Counted from the stretch's first letter, positions 1 to 13,908 are shown. The stretch: 64,000 bases of DNA from Octopus sinensis (GCF_006345805.1 NC_043004.1:33046001-33110000), one strand, 5' to 3'. A program made the numbers and translations. Notes: generated from the sequence alone by a model not told the origin.

Positions 1-215
1 AATGGCTGCCAAAAAGCACAGTCTGTAATGACACATCGTCTACTGTCCAGACTATAAGTTTCCCTGATGTCTAAACGAGAAAATATTCTGGCTTTTGTAA
101 TGAAATATAACCCCGTTTCCAACAATAGTTTCTGGCTGGATGTAAATGAAGTAAACAGATTGCCTGGGTCAGAAACAGTTAAATCGTTTTTACTGATAAC
201 ATAGATAGAACCAAC

Positions 216-278
216 ATATATATATATATATATATATACATATGTGTGTATGTATATATATATATATATGAGTATACC

Positions 279-325
<47 letters not shown>

Positions 326-344
326 ATGTATATATATATACATA

Positions 345-385
<41 letters not shown>

Positions 386-515
386 CTATATATATACGTA
401 TGTATACATATATACATATATAATATATATATACACATAATATATATATACGTGCACACACACATGTATATATATTATATTATATCACATTTTATGTGTG
501 TATGTGTGTGTGTGT
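216..515. repeat. Compound (TA)n/(TG)n microsatellite
   Basis: Directly visible dinucleotide tracts; source of the spurious YI/CV-rich ORFs. Confidence 0.95.
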
Positions 516-1043
516 AGTTTAATCTGAATGAACGCAAGCATAAAGGAAAAATAAAATTATTACGTACATCGCAAGATAGTTATCTTTTTTCCCAGAGTAA
601 AATGTCTATGCCTCTGTTATTTTACCATTTGTTAATAACGAATGAAAAATGTATTGAATCAAATCTTTTACTTCTCCTCAACCAACAAACGTAGACCTCT
701 AATACAAATCTATAAAAAAATATAAAAGTGTTTCATTCGAATGTGTTAGCCAGATACTCTAAATTAATTCTGAATCGCATTTATCTATGTTCCAATTTAG
801 CATTTTTCATATGCCATTTATAGACGGGGCCTGAGGCAGAGTTAGCTGCTGCCGTAGACATAAACTGATTGATCAATTAGAACGAAAAGATTTTCTGAGG
901 TTTATGTTGCCACTGATCAGAGAATTATTATTCTCCTGGATACAATATAAAACAGAAAAACCAAAAAAACAAATGGAAACAAACAAGTAATTAATAGGAA
1001 TTTTTCTGCAAGTTCTTTAAGATAAAATTAATCGACTAATTAC

Positions 1044-1108
<65 letters not shown>

Positions 1109-1159
1109 TGTGTGTGTGTGTGTGTGCGTGTGTGTGCGTGCGTATGTGTGTGTTTGTGT

Positions 1160-1423
1160 GCTTATATAATAAGGTTAAGATGTTTTTCTAAACATTTGAA
1201 TATATAACCAAACAGATTGTTTATAAACATATGTACATATATAGATATGTATATACATATATAAATATATATATATACACATACACATATATATACATGT
1301 ATATATTTATGTATATATATATATACATATACATATACATATACATATATGCTTGTCTATAAACCATCTGTTTGGTTATATATTGAAATGTTTACAAAAA
1401 CATCTTAACCTTATTATATAAGC
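1160..1423. repeat. ~70-bp inverted repeat enclosing a (TA/CA) microsatellite spacer
   Basis: gcttatataataaggttaagatgttttt...aaacagat at 1160 is the near-exact reverse complement of ~1355-1423. Confidence 0.9.
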
Positions 1424-1929
1424 ATATATATTTATGTGTGTGCGTGTGTGTGCATGTGTATGCATATTTGCAAGTATGTATATGTAACTGGAAGCTGTAG
1501 CTTCCTGATTCGTTCCAAGTCTGCAGCACCGTTTATTGGACTGTTTATTCCGGTTTCTGCATTCGGGAAAATATTTCTTTTACATTCACTGTAAAAAAAA
1601 AAAATGTCGTCCATGAATACAGAAACGCGGACGTACATATATTCTTATCAGCACTATTTAATTTCATTTATCCCATAAAGCTGTCTGAATGAAAATTGTC
1701 AGAAATCGAAGGTATTTATCAATAAATAATCAAATCAGCTCTTTTTATTTTTTTCAGGGAAAGGAACAATAAATTGTAATAATTCAACACTCTACTAGTT
1801 TTATTTTATCGATCTCGAAAGGTTGTTAGGAAGAGTTGACCTCAGCATGGATTAAACGCAGAAGCGATAAATAGTCATCACTCATATAACATGGCTTATT
1901 GACCGACGCTCTAACGTTATACGTATTCT

Positions 1930-2819
1930 CATTCAATGGCTGTCTTCAATTCGTCGACTTTCTCCAACTTTGTACCGTAAACTTTATCGTTTATGTATCC
2001 CCATGAAAAAATTATTTTTGCATGGTCCGGTGAACGTAAGGATATTCTAATGGACCTCTTCATCCAATCAGCCTGTTTGGCAAAATTTCTATGTAACCCT
2101 TTACGTTACTACTGTGCTGGTGTTTCATCTTGATGGAAATAAAACTCATGTTTTCAAAGTCCTTTTGAATGTTTGGCATGAGAGACTGTCGTAGCAAGTT
2201 CAAGTAAATAAGATCAGTTAGTACCGCCAATTAATCCTTTTGATGAGGAACCACACCGTATTGTAACTTCCGCTAAATTAATCGGATGTGACTCTGTAAT
2301 TTGCAGATTCTCATGTTCCGAGTAGCTACAACTGTGACGATTAACTGAGTCATTTGGTTTAACTGTAGCCGCATGACCCAACACAATCTTGTTGAACAAT
2401 ATCTTCTACGCAACTTGCAAAGTACCACTTACAAAACGCCACTCTTTGATTCGGATCTTCTTCATTAAGAGCGTGGACTATTCCTAGAATGTAACTTCTC
2501 CCATGAAAGTTTGAAAAACAGACGATTGATTTTGAAGTTCGCAACTCGCCGCACAAATTTCCTTGTACTCTGGCAATAGGTTTCTAGCACTAGAAACATA
2601 TTTGTCAATGTCGGTTGTGTTCTGGAATGGTGCTTGTGAATATGAATATTCCGAACTGTTCCATCAGCTTCAGACTTATCTCTGATTCGAGTGATAGTAA
2701 GTTGCATTGCTTTGAAACTCTCCCCTAAACTGTTTTTGCATTTTGACAGCGTTTTCAAGCTTCTAGCAGCACTTTAGGACGAATTTCCTTTGTTACAAAC
2801 TTAATCTGGTTCCCTTCAT
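1930..2819 (-). pseudogene. Decayed Tc1/mariner-superfamily transposase (maT/DD37D-like, DUF4817-type N-terminus)
   Basis: Frameshifted pieces read MKGTRLSL*QRKFVLK, LTITRIRDKSEADGTV, HALNEEDPNQRVAFCKWY, KPNDSVNRHSC, EVTIRCGSSSKGLIG and FYFHQDETPAH. These are colinear with recalled mariner-like motifs (D.DRR.EFC.W, NG.VNRHNC, V.VWCG...G.IGP, FQQDGAP.H). Confidence 0.8.
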
Positions 2820-4544
2820 TATTTCTAGTGTGTAAGTGTAAAAATAAACAAAAATTAAGTGTTAAAGCATGTGTTTGTCTGAAGTCTGATAAGAGTTTGA
2901 AAAATTACTCCTTTTTTATGGAGTAATTGTCATAAGTTGAGGCATAATTTAGTTGGCCGATACTGGCCATGAGGTCAGAGGGTCATGTGACAGTATGGAT
3001 GACGATTGTACCAAAAGTTAAGGCAATATTAGTTCAATGAATGTATCGTGTGGCAGCATGGATGACAGCGACGTGTTGTCTGTACTTTAGATTATGTGAT
3101 AGTACAGAAATATGAACAATAATTGCTCCAAAAGTCAAGACTGTTAGTCCAGTGACTGCGTCATGTTATAGAATAGGCGGTGGGTTGTCAAAATAGCTGA
3201 AAATAGAGATATAACTTACTTGTTTATGAAGACGTTTGTCTATATGTTTGTGTGAGAATGGAATCTACAATAGTATAATATCTCTGATGGCTATATGGTT
3301 ATAGCTTAATCAATCGTGATTTGTATTTTTTAATAAATATATTTTCTTTATTTGTCCATAATTGATCTGTTGTATTGGTATAACAATGATAAAGTGGGAA
3401 GATAAGTGTTCAACAAAAGCAATGTTGAGAAGTATGCCAATGCCTTTGGAACCAATGTTTTCTTCTGCTGACTGCAATAAGAAACATTTGTTACTTGGGT
3501 ATGCACAGATACAGACATTATATCCACTGTGTATTCAAACACAGTCGCTCTTCTGCGCTCAAACGCACACATATTTAGTTGTGATTGATGGCATGCTCGT
3601 CAAAATTAATGCTTTGCCCAATAACCTTCCATTAATGTAGACATTAGCAAGGATGGCAAATCGCATGAGCGAGCAGTCTGCTGACATCGCATGATAATGA
3701 ATGTTAACTACACTCTGCAGAGTATGCATAGGAGCGTCTATTCAATACAAAATTACTGAGAACAGATTAAAAGCCAAGACGAATGTCATACAAATTGTCA
3801 AGTATAAAGCTGTGTCACCTGAGATAAATGGTGACTGGAGAACATAGTATCGTACTAAACCGATTATGAAGGACTCACCATGAAACGTGTGAAATTACCA
3901 GAATCAGCACAGCTGCTCTTTGGTTACCCGAATTACGAAATTGCACTCACGTAATTTATCAGGGAATCAAAAGTTGAGAGAAAGGCACAAATAATTTACG
4001 ATCAACGATTGATTGAGCAGCAATATTTAGAATAAGGCAGTCTAACAGAAAAATTCCATATATTTGTCATCCTCATCCCAAATAAAGAAAGAGAATTAGT
4101 TTCAGCATACCGCTATAGAACCAGATACTTTCTCATTAATTTTAATGAAAGATGTCATTCTACAAAATGGAAGGTAAAGGTATTATGGATTGTGATCTTT
4201 CCATGATGTCAAACACAGTTTAAAAATGTCAGAAGTGATGCATTATATTTTTTTCAGCTTTACGGATTAATACTGCCGTCCAAAAAAAGCTAGTTGTTGG
4301 AAACCTTTGATATGATTCCATGTTACGGAGTCCATATTACTAGAGTTAGAAACGAATTCCATGTTACTAGGGCTAGAAACGGATTCTCTTCGTTATCGTT
4401 CGACAAACTATAAACAACAGTCAAATTTTTGTTGAATCATGTCCTCCCGTCGCATTCACGGCATATATGCAGCTCACTTTCCAGTTTTCATGTATTTAGA
4501 ACGTAGCAGCTGCTACTCACACTCACAAGAAATCTGAATAATTG

Positions 4545-4775
4545 ACAAGCTTTCAGTTATTAACAGACTGCAACCTCATGCACTTTATTCCATTCTATGC
4601 TCACTTGGTTAAATTCATTGTTACAATGGTTCTTGCCGAACTCGTAAGATGTTTACTCCCCACCCATTTCCTGCACCTCTTTCTCTCTTCATCACGACTT
4701 TACTCCGAAACTTTCCCAAATACTTCACCCAAATCTAGATTCCAAGAAGTGCGATGCTCTTTTATCAGGTTAAAA
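4545..4775 (+). mobile_element. Possible decayed CR1/L2-group LINE ORF2 3' end
   Basis: Pieces such as HCYNGSC / AELVRCLLP ... CSFIR resemble the YYNG.CS.EL...SF..R tail; heavily degraded. Confidence 0.3.
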
Positions 4776-6077
4776 GCACTCACGTATATTCCCTCACACC
4801 AACACGCAAGAACGCGTGATAGACTGCTTAAGTGCACGCGTACACGCATGTATAAGCACACTTGCCTGCATCACAAACACGCATACACACGTACACGCGC
4901 ACAATCACACACAGATACGCATTTACGGATCTTCACACTTACACCCACGTATACACACACACAACACACACTGGCATACATACACTCATGCACACAGGTA
5001 CACAAACACACATGCATATGTGTGAACACAATTGCATATGCATATAATGATGCATGCACACGTACTGATAGCGTTACAGGTAAGTATTAATGGTGCATTG
5101 TCTTATAAAAGTCTACTGTAAATTTTGAACAGCATTTCAAGAAATTTAAATCTTCGATCAATCATATATTTTAGCAAATTAATTAAAAGTTTAGCGAAAC
5201 TGGGATCTTGGCACATGAACCTAAAATAAAGTGGGAATATATGCATGATTAATGTATATGTCAACCATCAGATCACTAGTATCTCTATTTGAAATTAATT
5301 GATAATTATAAATTTCTATTTAATTTGAAATTTTACTAAATAATAAATCAAAGAATAAAACTGAACAATTTCAGATTTTTAAAGCATTTCTGAGAGAACT
5401 CGATAAAATGACAACTAAACACATCACATGGTAGTCTAGAACAACAACAACAAAAAGTAAGGATTAAAACTTTTGACATAGATAACTTTTCGTATGATAA
5501 TACGAAATATTTGATGCACTTTTAGTTAAAGTTTTAAATCTCTTATATATATACTAACTGTAGGTTAACCTTTTCGCTACAGCGTACCCTTTAAAGATAT
5601 ATTTGAAATGTGTATAAGGTGAAGTTGTAGATGAGCTTAAATAGTGAGTATCGCCCATCTTTGCAGGAAGAAAACCTTACAAACGTGATAATAGTTATTT
5701 TGAGAAAGCATCAGAGAGTAAGATGTAAGCAAACAGTGGGCGAACATTCCAATGTGATTCCAGTTTCTTTGCCTGCAGGTATCAACCGTTTGGAACGTAA
5801 TCAGATATACACGGATATCAACAACTAAAAACCTTAGAAATATTTGCTAATAAAACAGGGTTGAATTCTTCTCTGTTTCGTTTGTAGCCAAGCCTTAGCA
5901 TCAAATTGATTCCTTGTTCGGACATCATATTTCGTAATGCAACCATAATATGCCTCAAAGTATGTTAAACGCTTTATAATTCAGTTGTGTGTCCTTCTGT
6001 GTTAGCAGTGCTATTAAATCACTTGTTAAGGTTATCTCTATAGAGTTTCTATAGAAATTATAACCAGTATAAATCTT

Positions 6078-6304
6078 GTGATAGTATGTTGTCAACTTAA
6101 TGTAACAGTCCCATAAAAGGGAAGAATGCTTCTGTTACTTAGCCCTTGGAAACATAGTTTCCTTTTGGACTTGATACATTTCCTGTGTCCTTATGCTTTC
6201 AAAGTGGAGAGTCCGAACAGGAAACGGTGTTTCCTAGGGCTAAATAACAGTAGCATTCTTCCCTTTCATGGGACTGTCACATTAAGTCGACAACATACTA
6301 TCAC
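6078..6304. repeat. Fold-back element with ~94-bp imperfect inverted arms and a ~40-bp loop
   Basis: gtgatagtatgttgtcaacttaatgtaacagtccc...ggact pairs with agtccg...gggactgtcacattaagtcgacaacatactatcac. Confidence 0.9.
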
Positions 6305-7044
6305 TTTATCGGGCTGCTATTGCATAAATTTCTCTGGGGGATTTAGAAATATATTATTTCTATTTTCAAATAGCAAAGATCTTGTTACGACGTTTCGTAT
6401 TCGAATACGTGTAATATAAGCAACAATGCGATCGGAGATGGAAAAATAGGTAACAGGTGTATATGCACATTTCAGGAATTCTTGCTTTTTCATCTACATC
6501 ACATCCAGTCTAGGAAGCATCCACGAACTCGTTGTCTATATAGCCGCTAAATATAGCGGTGTCCGGCCAGCCATGATCTTTCTTTCTTGGCCTGACTGCC
6601 GACCGCCAACACCTATTATGTCCGTCACCTATGTCCCTGCCTTTAGGCTTTCACTTCATACACTCCAGCTCAATTTGGATCGTTCTCGGTAGAAAGACAC
6701 CTGTTGTTATTTCTTGTTGTTTTCATTCGTAATTGTGTACCATGTACTCCGTTTTTTGTTTGTTTTTTTGTCTTTGTTGTCGTACACATTCAATAGCTTT
6801 CCTACGAAAGGGTCTTTTGCTCTTAGCTTCGACTTTTCGGGGGTGGGAGGACAAATGGCCGAACCATCTCAAGTGTAACTGCCCGAAATGGTCGTGACTT
6901 CTGGAACTTGACTGAGGAAAGAAAGCCACGTGTGACCCGTCTTTTTTTGCCTGTCCTTCTAATTGTTGTTTCTCTTCGTCTATCAGTCCGAATGTTTTAA
7001 TATCCTCTATTGCGTTTTTGTTCCATTTATGTATGAATATATAT

Positions 7045-7086
<42 letters not shown>

Positions 7087-8078
7087 ATATCAGTGGCATG
7101 CGGTGACTTCCGGGGTCGGGCATGCAATGAATTTCTTTGCCCACCCACGAGAATTTTTCAATAAAAAATTTTTCGTATTCCTACGTTTTACATATGGGAG
7201 ATTCTGAATATGCAATCGCCCCCGTATGACCTAGAATAAGCAGGGAATAAAAAATGGCTGTGTAGAGATGAACCTGAAATAAGCGTATTGTTTGTATTAT
7301 TCTTTCTCTTCAAAACGTCAGTACTTTCCCATCCTCACTCTCCCTTAAAAAGGTCTAAAAATCATAAGTGAAATGTAATAAAGATGAAATTGGATTCTGT
7401 TAATATTTTTGCATGTTGGGAATCTCTGTTAAAGGTAGGAATCCGAAAAAATTTTTCACGAAAATTCGTTTCTTAAAGAGGTGCGATTCTGCATTAGCCC
7501 CTATACCTATTGGTTGAGCCGAATCAATTTGAAATGATTTAATTAAGAGAACACATTTAGTTACATTATATGGCCATGGTTTTAGATCGTTACGCTCTCG
7601 AAGACAAGTCAGGTGCTTTATCATGCTGCTTGTCAATTCCGGGAAAATTATTGATACTCAAGCAGACTGTTCTGAGACTTACTGAACTCCGTATATTAAA
7701 AGACTACGTCTCACGCACACACATTGAAAATACACGCATATACATGAAGATACACACAATGAAAGACAGCGGAAATTCAACATTGTAAAAAGCCTCCCAA
7801 AACTGTTGTGGCAGAAGTCAACATCTCTGAGATTGAAACAAAACACTTATTGAATGTGAAACAAGACACTTATTTACGGCTGTAAATAGACTACACCCAG
7901 CAGCACAGAAAGGAAAACCTATGTAGGTTAGGTCGGACGAAGAAGTCGAACCATTTCTCCTGCGAAACAATACTGATGTAAGAAGGTCGAACCTTAAGTT
8001 ATAACAAACACTAAGCAAAACCTGTAATATATGCCCTTTAATATATTAATTTTTTAATGTTCTAAAATGTTATTTACC

Positions 8079-8595
8079 TCATTTATAAATTAATTCAATT
8101 CTTCGATCTTTCTGGGCAAATATATCTATCACATTTTCATAGAAATCTTCTCTTTTCATCAATTGTTGTAATAAATCTTTTTCAATTGACATTAGTGCTA
8201 ACCTAGACAGTCTTCTTTCTCCTGTCGCATTTCTTTGGTATGTTTTGATTCTACTTAATGCAGAAAAGGATCGCTCTACAGAAGCAGTGGTAGACGGAAT
8301 TGTCAAAATCAACTTGCACAGATTGAAGAGTTCTGGCATAGCTTCAACAAGATCACTGCTGTAAATGTAACTCATTAAATGACTTACACTTCGCTTTTTA
8401 AAATCTTTCATTGAATACATCACATTGAGCTCATATTATAATCTTATTACATCAAAAAAATCTGCCATAAGTGATTTTTAAAGAATCTAAAGAGTCCACA
8501 GGAAATTGTTTGCAATACTCATCAACTTTGTTGAAATTCAAAAGTTCCATGAATTTAAACTCTTCTAAGGATGAATATCGTGCGTTTATTTGGTC
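8079..8595 (-). pseudogene. hAT transposase C-terminus (ZMYM1-like, hAT dimerisation domain)
   Basis: LFNLCKLILTIPSTTASVERSFSALSRIKTYQRNATGERRLSRLALMSIE is a classic Dimer_Tnp_hAT motif; upstream DQINARYSSLEEFKFMELLN...FDVIRL*YELNV continues with a stop. Confidence 0.9.
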
Positions 8596-8767
8596 CTCTG
8601 TCTTCCCTGCTCTGGATCTTTCCTTCTCCTATGTTTCCGACGAAGAGTTCCGCCCGAAACGTTAAACCCTCCTTCTTTCCTTCTTTCCTGAACGTCCAAT
8701 AATACTATATTTGTTCCACGTCCTCGCGTTGTTGTGTTTTTTTGTGCTTTCTTGTTTGGATTAACTT
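8596..8767 (+). mobile_element. Short Penelope-like (pLTR-type) repeat with a hammerhead-like motif
   Basis: Second copy in reverse orientation at ~60297-60470; contains gttt-CCGACGA-a-gagttccgccc-GAAA-cg-TT-aaac. Confidence 0.6.
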
Positions 8768-8838
8768 TATATAAGAACACACTTGTATATAAGAAAACAC
8801 GTGTAAGCGTCTGCGTAAATTGTTAGTCAATTTCAACA

Positions 8839-9008
8839 GGCGCAGGAGTGGCTGTGTGGTAAGTAGCTTGCTAACAACCACATGGTTCCGGGTTCAGCCC
8901 CACTGCGTAGCATCTTGGGCAAGTGTCTTCTGCTATAGCCCCGGGCCGACCAATGCCTTGTGAGTGGATTTGGTAGACGGAAACTGAAAGAAGCCTGTCG
9001 TATATCTG

Positions 9009-9041
<33 letters not shown>

Positions 9042-9262
9042 TTGTGTGTCTGTGTTTGTCCCCCTAGCATTGCTTGACAACTGATGCTGGTGTGTTTACG
9101 TCCCCGTCACTTAGCGGTTCGGCAAAAGAGACTGATAGAATAAGTACTGGGCTTACAAAGAATAAGTCCCGGGGTCGATTTGCTCGACTAAAGGCGGTGC
9201 TCCAGCATGGCCGCAGTCAAATGACTGAAACAAGTAAAAAGAGTAAAAAAAGAAGAAGAGTA
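8839..9262 (+). mobile_element. tRNA-derived SINE family B (CORE-like, internal microsatellite)
   Basis: Head ggcgcaggagtggctgtgtggtaag with B-box-like ggttcagccc, CORE-like cttgggcaagtgtctt, tail gaaacaagtaaaagagt; about 10 copies in the window. Confidence 0.9.
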
Positions 9263-10265
9263 AAACGGAAAAATAACCTTAGTTAAATTAATTTAAGATT
9301 AATTACCTACTTCCGAAAAAAGAAATATAATATAGATTATATTTTTGTTTTCAGAACACTCCAAAAATATAATAATGCAAACAGATGTTTTGGATCAAAA
9401 AAATTCAAACTTACCGCCAGGCTATTCCAACATTTCAACTGACTAACTCAAGAATTATGGGACTGCTCTTGTTCCGGTCAGAAATTTTACAGATCAAAAA
9501 GTGGAACCAGGTTAGCAACAATTCTACACTAACAAAGCGACATGACATGTTACAATGAATTTATCGAGTCACTAAGAGAGAGGGGAAGGGGGGTACAAAC
9601 TATTATGAATGCCCTATACTCCTAGCATATCTTTTAAACAAGTCACTAAGAGAGAGAGAGAGAGAGGAAGGAAGGGCAAACTAACAGAGACAGAGAGGGA
9701 GTGTCTGTCATGCGGGTCTTCTCAAAGCATGACTTCTCAAAGCAGAAGTACGAGTCACTGAGAGAGGGGAAGGGGAGACAAAATATTTCGAAAACAACTG
9801 GACGGATTTTCTTTGAAACAAAGTAACCATTTTATCTAATTTTCCGATGATATGGATAAAAATCACAGGGCATACCTTGCATACCTGAGAGTGCACGCCC
9901 CTGACACACAGACATCTCAATATATAAATAGATAGATAGATATAGGTGTGTTTGTGTATGTGTGCATTGTCTGTATGTGTATACATACATATATATGCAT
10001 GTGTATGTGAATGTATGTATGTGTGTTTGTGTGGATGCATGCATACATACATATATACATGCATGCATACATACATATATACATGCATACATACATACAT
10101 ACATATGCACACACATATATACTTATAGACATATACACATACATATATACGTGCATAAATACATATATACAACATTCATTTACATAAATACATACATAAG
10201 CGGTGCCCCAGCATGGCCACAGCTCGTGAGCTGAAACTAGATAAAATAAAATAAATAAAATAAAT

Positions 10266-10680
10266 GCAGGAGTGGCTGTGTGGTAAGTAGCTTGCTAACC
10301 AACCACATGGTTCCGGGTTCAGTCCCACTGCGTGGCATCTTGGGCAAGTGTCTTCTGCTATAGCCCCGGGCCGACCAATGCCTTGTGAGTGGATTTGGTA
10401 GACGGAAACTGAAAGAAGCCTGTCGTATATATATATATTTATATAAGTGTGTGTGTATATGTTTGTTTGTCTGTGTTTGTCCCCTTAGCATTGCTTGACA
10501 ACCGATGCTGGTGTGTTTACGTCCCCGTTACTTAGCGGTTCGGCAAAAGAGACCGATAGAATAAGCACTGGGCTTACAAAGAATAAGTCCCGGGGTCGAT
10601 TTGGTCGACTAAAGGCGGTGCTCCAGCATGGCCGCAGTCAAATGACTGAAACAAGTAAAAGAGTAAAAAAGAGAGAGTAA
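10266..10680 (+). mobile_element. SINE family B copy
   Basis: Near-identical to 8839-9262. Confidence 0.9.
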
Positions 10681-11178
10681 ATCATGTGTTAAGGCCACCT
10701 CTACAGATTTTCCATAGAAATGATAACCAGCGCTGATTTTGTTACAACGTTGCGTATCCGAGACGTCAGATGTAAACAATGAGACCGAAAATGAAAAAGG
10801 TGGGTAATGAGCATATATGCCGTATTTCGGGAGTCTTTTGCTCCTTCACCGTTACCCATCATCTATAAACTCATTGCTTAAATAGCTGCTACGTAGAGCA
10901 GTATAACGTTTTTGGATGTATCAATCTTACATATTAAACACTTTCCTGGAAGCTGGTACGCAAATATTAATGGCTCGCAGGTACACAATATCTCGTTAAG
11001 CAACCATAATATACTACAAAGTGTCTTAAACGTTCGTGATTTAAATGCACTGCTAACACAGTAGGACACGGTATTAACTTATTAAAAATGCTTAATATAC
11101 TTTGCAGCATATTATGGTTGCATAACGAAATATTGTGTGCCTACAAGTCATTAACATAAATATGCATACCCACATATA

Positions 11179-11222
<44 letters not shown>

Positions 11223-11251
11223 ATGTATGTATGTATCTCTCTCTCTTTCTT

Positions 11252-11285
<34 letters not shown>

Positions 11286-11793
11286 CATGTATAATAGAAA
11301 TATTAAAATTACTAAGTCTCTCTAAAAGAGATTACGGCAGTGTTACTGGAAATTAATTGTTATCGCCATATTAATATGGCAGTCTTATAGATATAAGACT
11401 AAAAGCTGTCGCTATTATGTTAAACTGTCGTATGTCCAAATTTGACCAAATGCATTTTTTTCAATATTTCATTTTGCTTGAAATAGCCGGTTATTTTGGT
11501 CAAACTATCGTATCTCCAGCTGCTTCAGATGTCAACATATGAAAATTGTCAGAGTGTAGTACAACAGTTTAGAGAAACAGTTTTGCAAAAATATTTCTCA
11601 CTGAAAATATTATACATGCATGGAGTTACTATTTTATGCACTCAACAAAGTATTATTGCTAAGCTGAAACTGTTGCCAACGTAAAAAAAAAATGGAATGG
11701 TGAAACTATTTCTTCGTGATCTGAAAAAACAAAAAACAAAACAAAACCAAAAACAACGTTTGGACTTACGACACTTTTGTATAATAGCAAACA

Positions 11794-11794
<1 letters not shown>

Positions 11795-11828
<34 letters not shown>

Positions 11829-12004
11829 AGCGTGAGTATGTATGTATGTATGTATGTAGTATGTATGTATGTATGTATGTATGTATGTATGTATGTGTGT
11901 GTGTATGCATGCATGTATGTATGTATGCATGCATGTATGTATGTATGTATGTATGTATGTATGTATGTATGTATGTATGTATGTATGTTTGTATGTATGT
12001 ATGT
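11795..12004. repeat. (TA)n/(TG)n/(TATG)n microsatellite
   Basis: Directly visible. Confidence 0.95.
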
Positions 12005-12172
12005 ATATTATTTTAAAACAGTTTGAGTCGGCCCTATGCAACTTAAAGTTTCCTAGGCTCATGAGATGATCTTAGCTCGTGAACCTGAGCCCGAGGGGGT
12101 AGGTTCCTGTAATAAGCCTACAAAAATTTAAATTGCATAGGGCCGAATCAAGCTGTTTCAAATAATGATATA
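12005..12172. repeat. Fold-back element with ~55-bp inverted arms
   Basis: aaacagtttgagtcggccctatgcaacttaaa pairs with tttaaattgcatagggccgaatcaagctgttt; a related single arm lies at ~57890-57965. Confidence 0.85.
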
Positions 12173-12683
12173 TGTAACTCGTACTAAACGTGTTTAGTAC
12201 TTTTTTCTATCGTTTGTCCACTCACTCGCACGCGCGCGCACACACACACATAGGCACACACTAATGTTTTATGAATTGATTTCACTGTTTCTTAAATACC
12301 TGATATGACTTGGTCGATCACCAATCACCAAAGGGTTGATTTTTGCTTGAAAAATAGGAGAAGAAAATTTAATTTGTTTCCATGAAATAAGTTCCATTTT
12401 CTTTTCACTTATCTAGAATTTTACTGATAACATTGATACTTTCTTAATTAGAACATCTAGTGGCGTGTAATATCTCTCTTCATTTTAATTATTTTGGAAG
12501 ATTTGAGAAGACAAGTAAAGACAGGAAGTTCATACTCTTGATAACATAGACAATCGCCTTGACGTACAAACAACGTAGAGATACTTATTAATGTACATGT
12601 ACGTACACATTTTATGCGCAATGTAATATGCATGCATACTCAGTCACGAAACTATAATCATGTTCTCATTTATATGAGTCCGT

Positions 12684-12686
12684 CTG

Positions 12687-12771
<85 letters not shown>

Positions 12772-12794
12772 TTGATTGCCTATCTATCTGTCTG

Positions 12795-12864
<70 letters not shown>

Positions 12865-12892
12865 CATCTATCTATCTATCTATCTATCTATA
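12684..12892. repeat. (TATC)n microsatellite
   Basis: Directly visible. Confidence 0.95.
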
Positions 12893-13064
12893 TTTAGAAC
12901 CCCATGTGCATCGTTATGTATCGAAAGAGAGAACTGCATAAAATATTATTGTAGCCTAATTTTCCTTTTATTCCTCTCCATACTTACAAAGATTACAGAC
13001 TACGTAAAGGAAAAGAAAACTGCAAAGTCGTTTGAAAGCATTCAGTTAAGCCATCTTATGTTTA

Positions 13065-13145
<81 letters not shown>

Positions 13146-13185
13146 TAATCGTATTAGTGGGCCACTAAAAAGATACCGAAGAATC

Positions 13186-13520
13186 TTACCTCAAACGAAC
13201 GCTGATTGAGACTGAAAGTAAACTCAAACACTCCCATGAGAAGGCGAGGGCACAGAAGGAAGTCAAGACTGTCAAAATCGTAAGGACAAATCCTAAAAAC
13301 TTCTCTAGATTTGCAAAACTGTCTGTTTTAATACGGAACAAAATAGGGGCACTATTCGGAGAAAATGACTCACCAACTCCAGACTCCCTGATTGTGCAAT
13401 ACAAAAGTGTTGTCACAACTCCGTTGGAATTCCCGCAAATAACTTCGGCACCACAGCTTTACACAAAGATATGGCAATTATTGATAATATCGAAATAGAG
13501 GAAACAGAATAACCAAGTCA
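13186..13520 (+). mobile_element. CR1/L2-group LINE ORF2 fragment (endonuclease-RT linker)
   Basis: Reads KLKHSHEKARAQKEVKTVKIVRTNPKNFSRFAK...NKIGALFGEN...QYKSVVTTP, matching the K.NPK.F..Y.K...IGPL...F.SVFT motif. Confidence 0.7.
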
Positions 13521-13759
13521 CAACAACCAGGGGCAATCGAAATATAGCCCCATGTGATCTGTATAAGAAAAATACTTGAACTTCCAGACCTGATATTATG
13601 AAATATTATTTAATTCAATATATTTACCCTTTTATTTCAGCATGACTAGGTTATCTTCAGCGATCGAAACCGGTAGATTCTTAGTTATAAAATGTAAATA
13701 TTAATTTTCTGTTGTCTATGTTAAAGTATTCTAAACATTTTCTTATTTTCATTATTTTC

Positions 13760-13792
<33 letters not shown>

Positions 13793-13804
13793 CACACACA
13801 CACA

Positions 13805-13846
<42 letters not shown>

Positions 13847-13847
13847 G

Positions 13848-13908
<61 letters not shown>

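Larger units (their letters stand above)
7091..9903 (-). mobile_element. Internally deleted hAT DNA transposon with nested insertions
   Basis: Ends CAGTGGCATGC (7091) and reverse complement CAGGGGCGTGC (9893-9903) form an imperfect hAT-style TIR around a transposase remnant; no clear 8-bp TSD because both flanks are microsatellite. Confidence 0.6.

Noticed and set aside
62-95. CTGATG...GAAA hammerhead-like string
   Set aside because: Core A9 missing and no stem I or stem III pairing
3340-3860. Possible piggyBac transposase C-terminal remnant
   Set aside because: Only vague motif resemblance; no catalytic motif or TTAA-bounded TIR could be confirmed
9355-9510. Exon-like segment with an AIPTF (THAP-like) motif inside the hAT element
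   Set aside because: Frameshift or stop present, and too short to support a call
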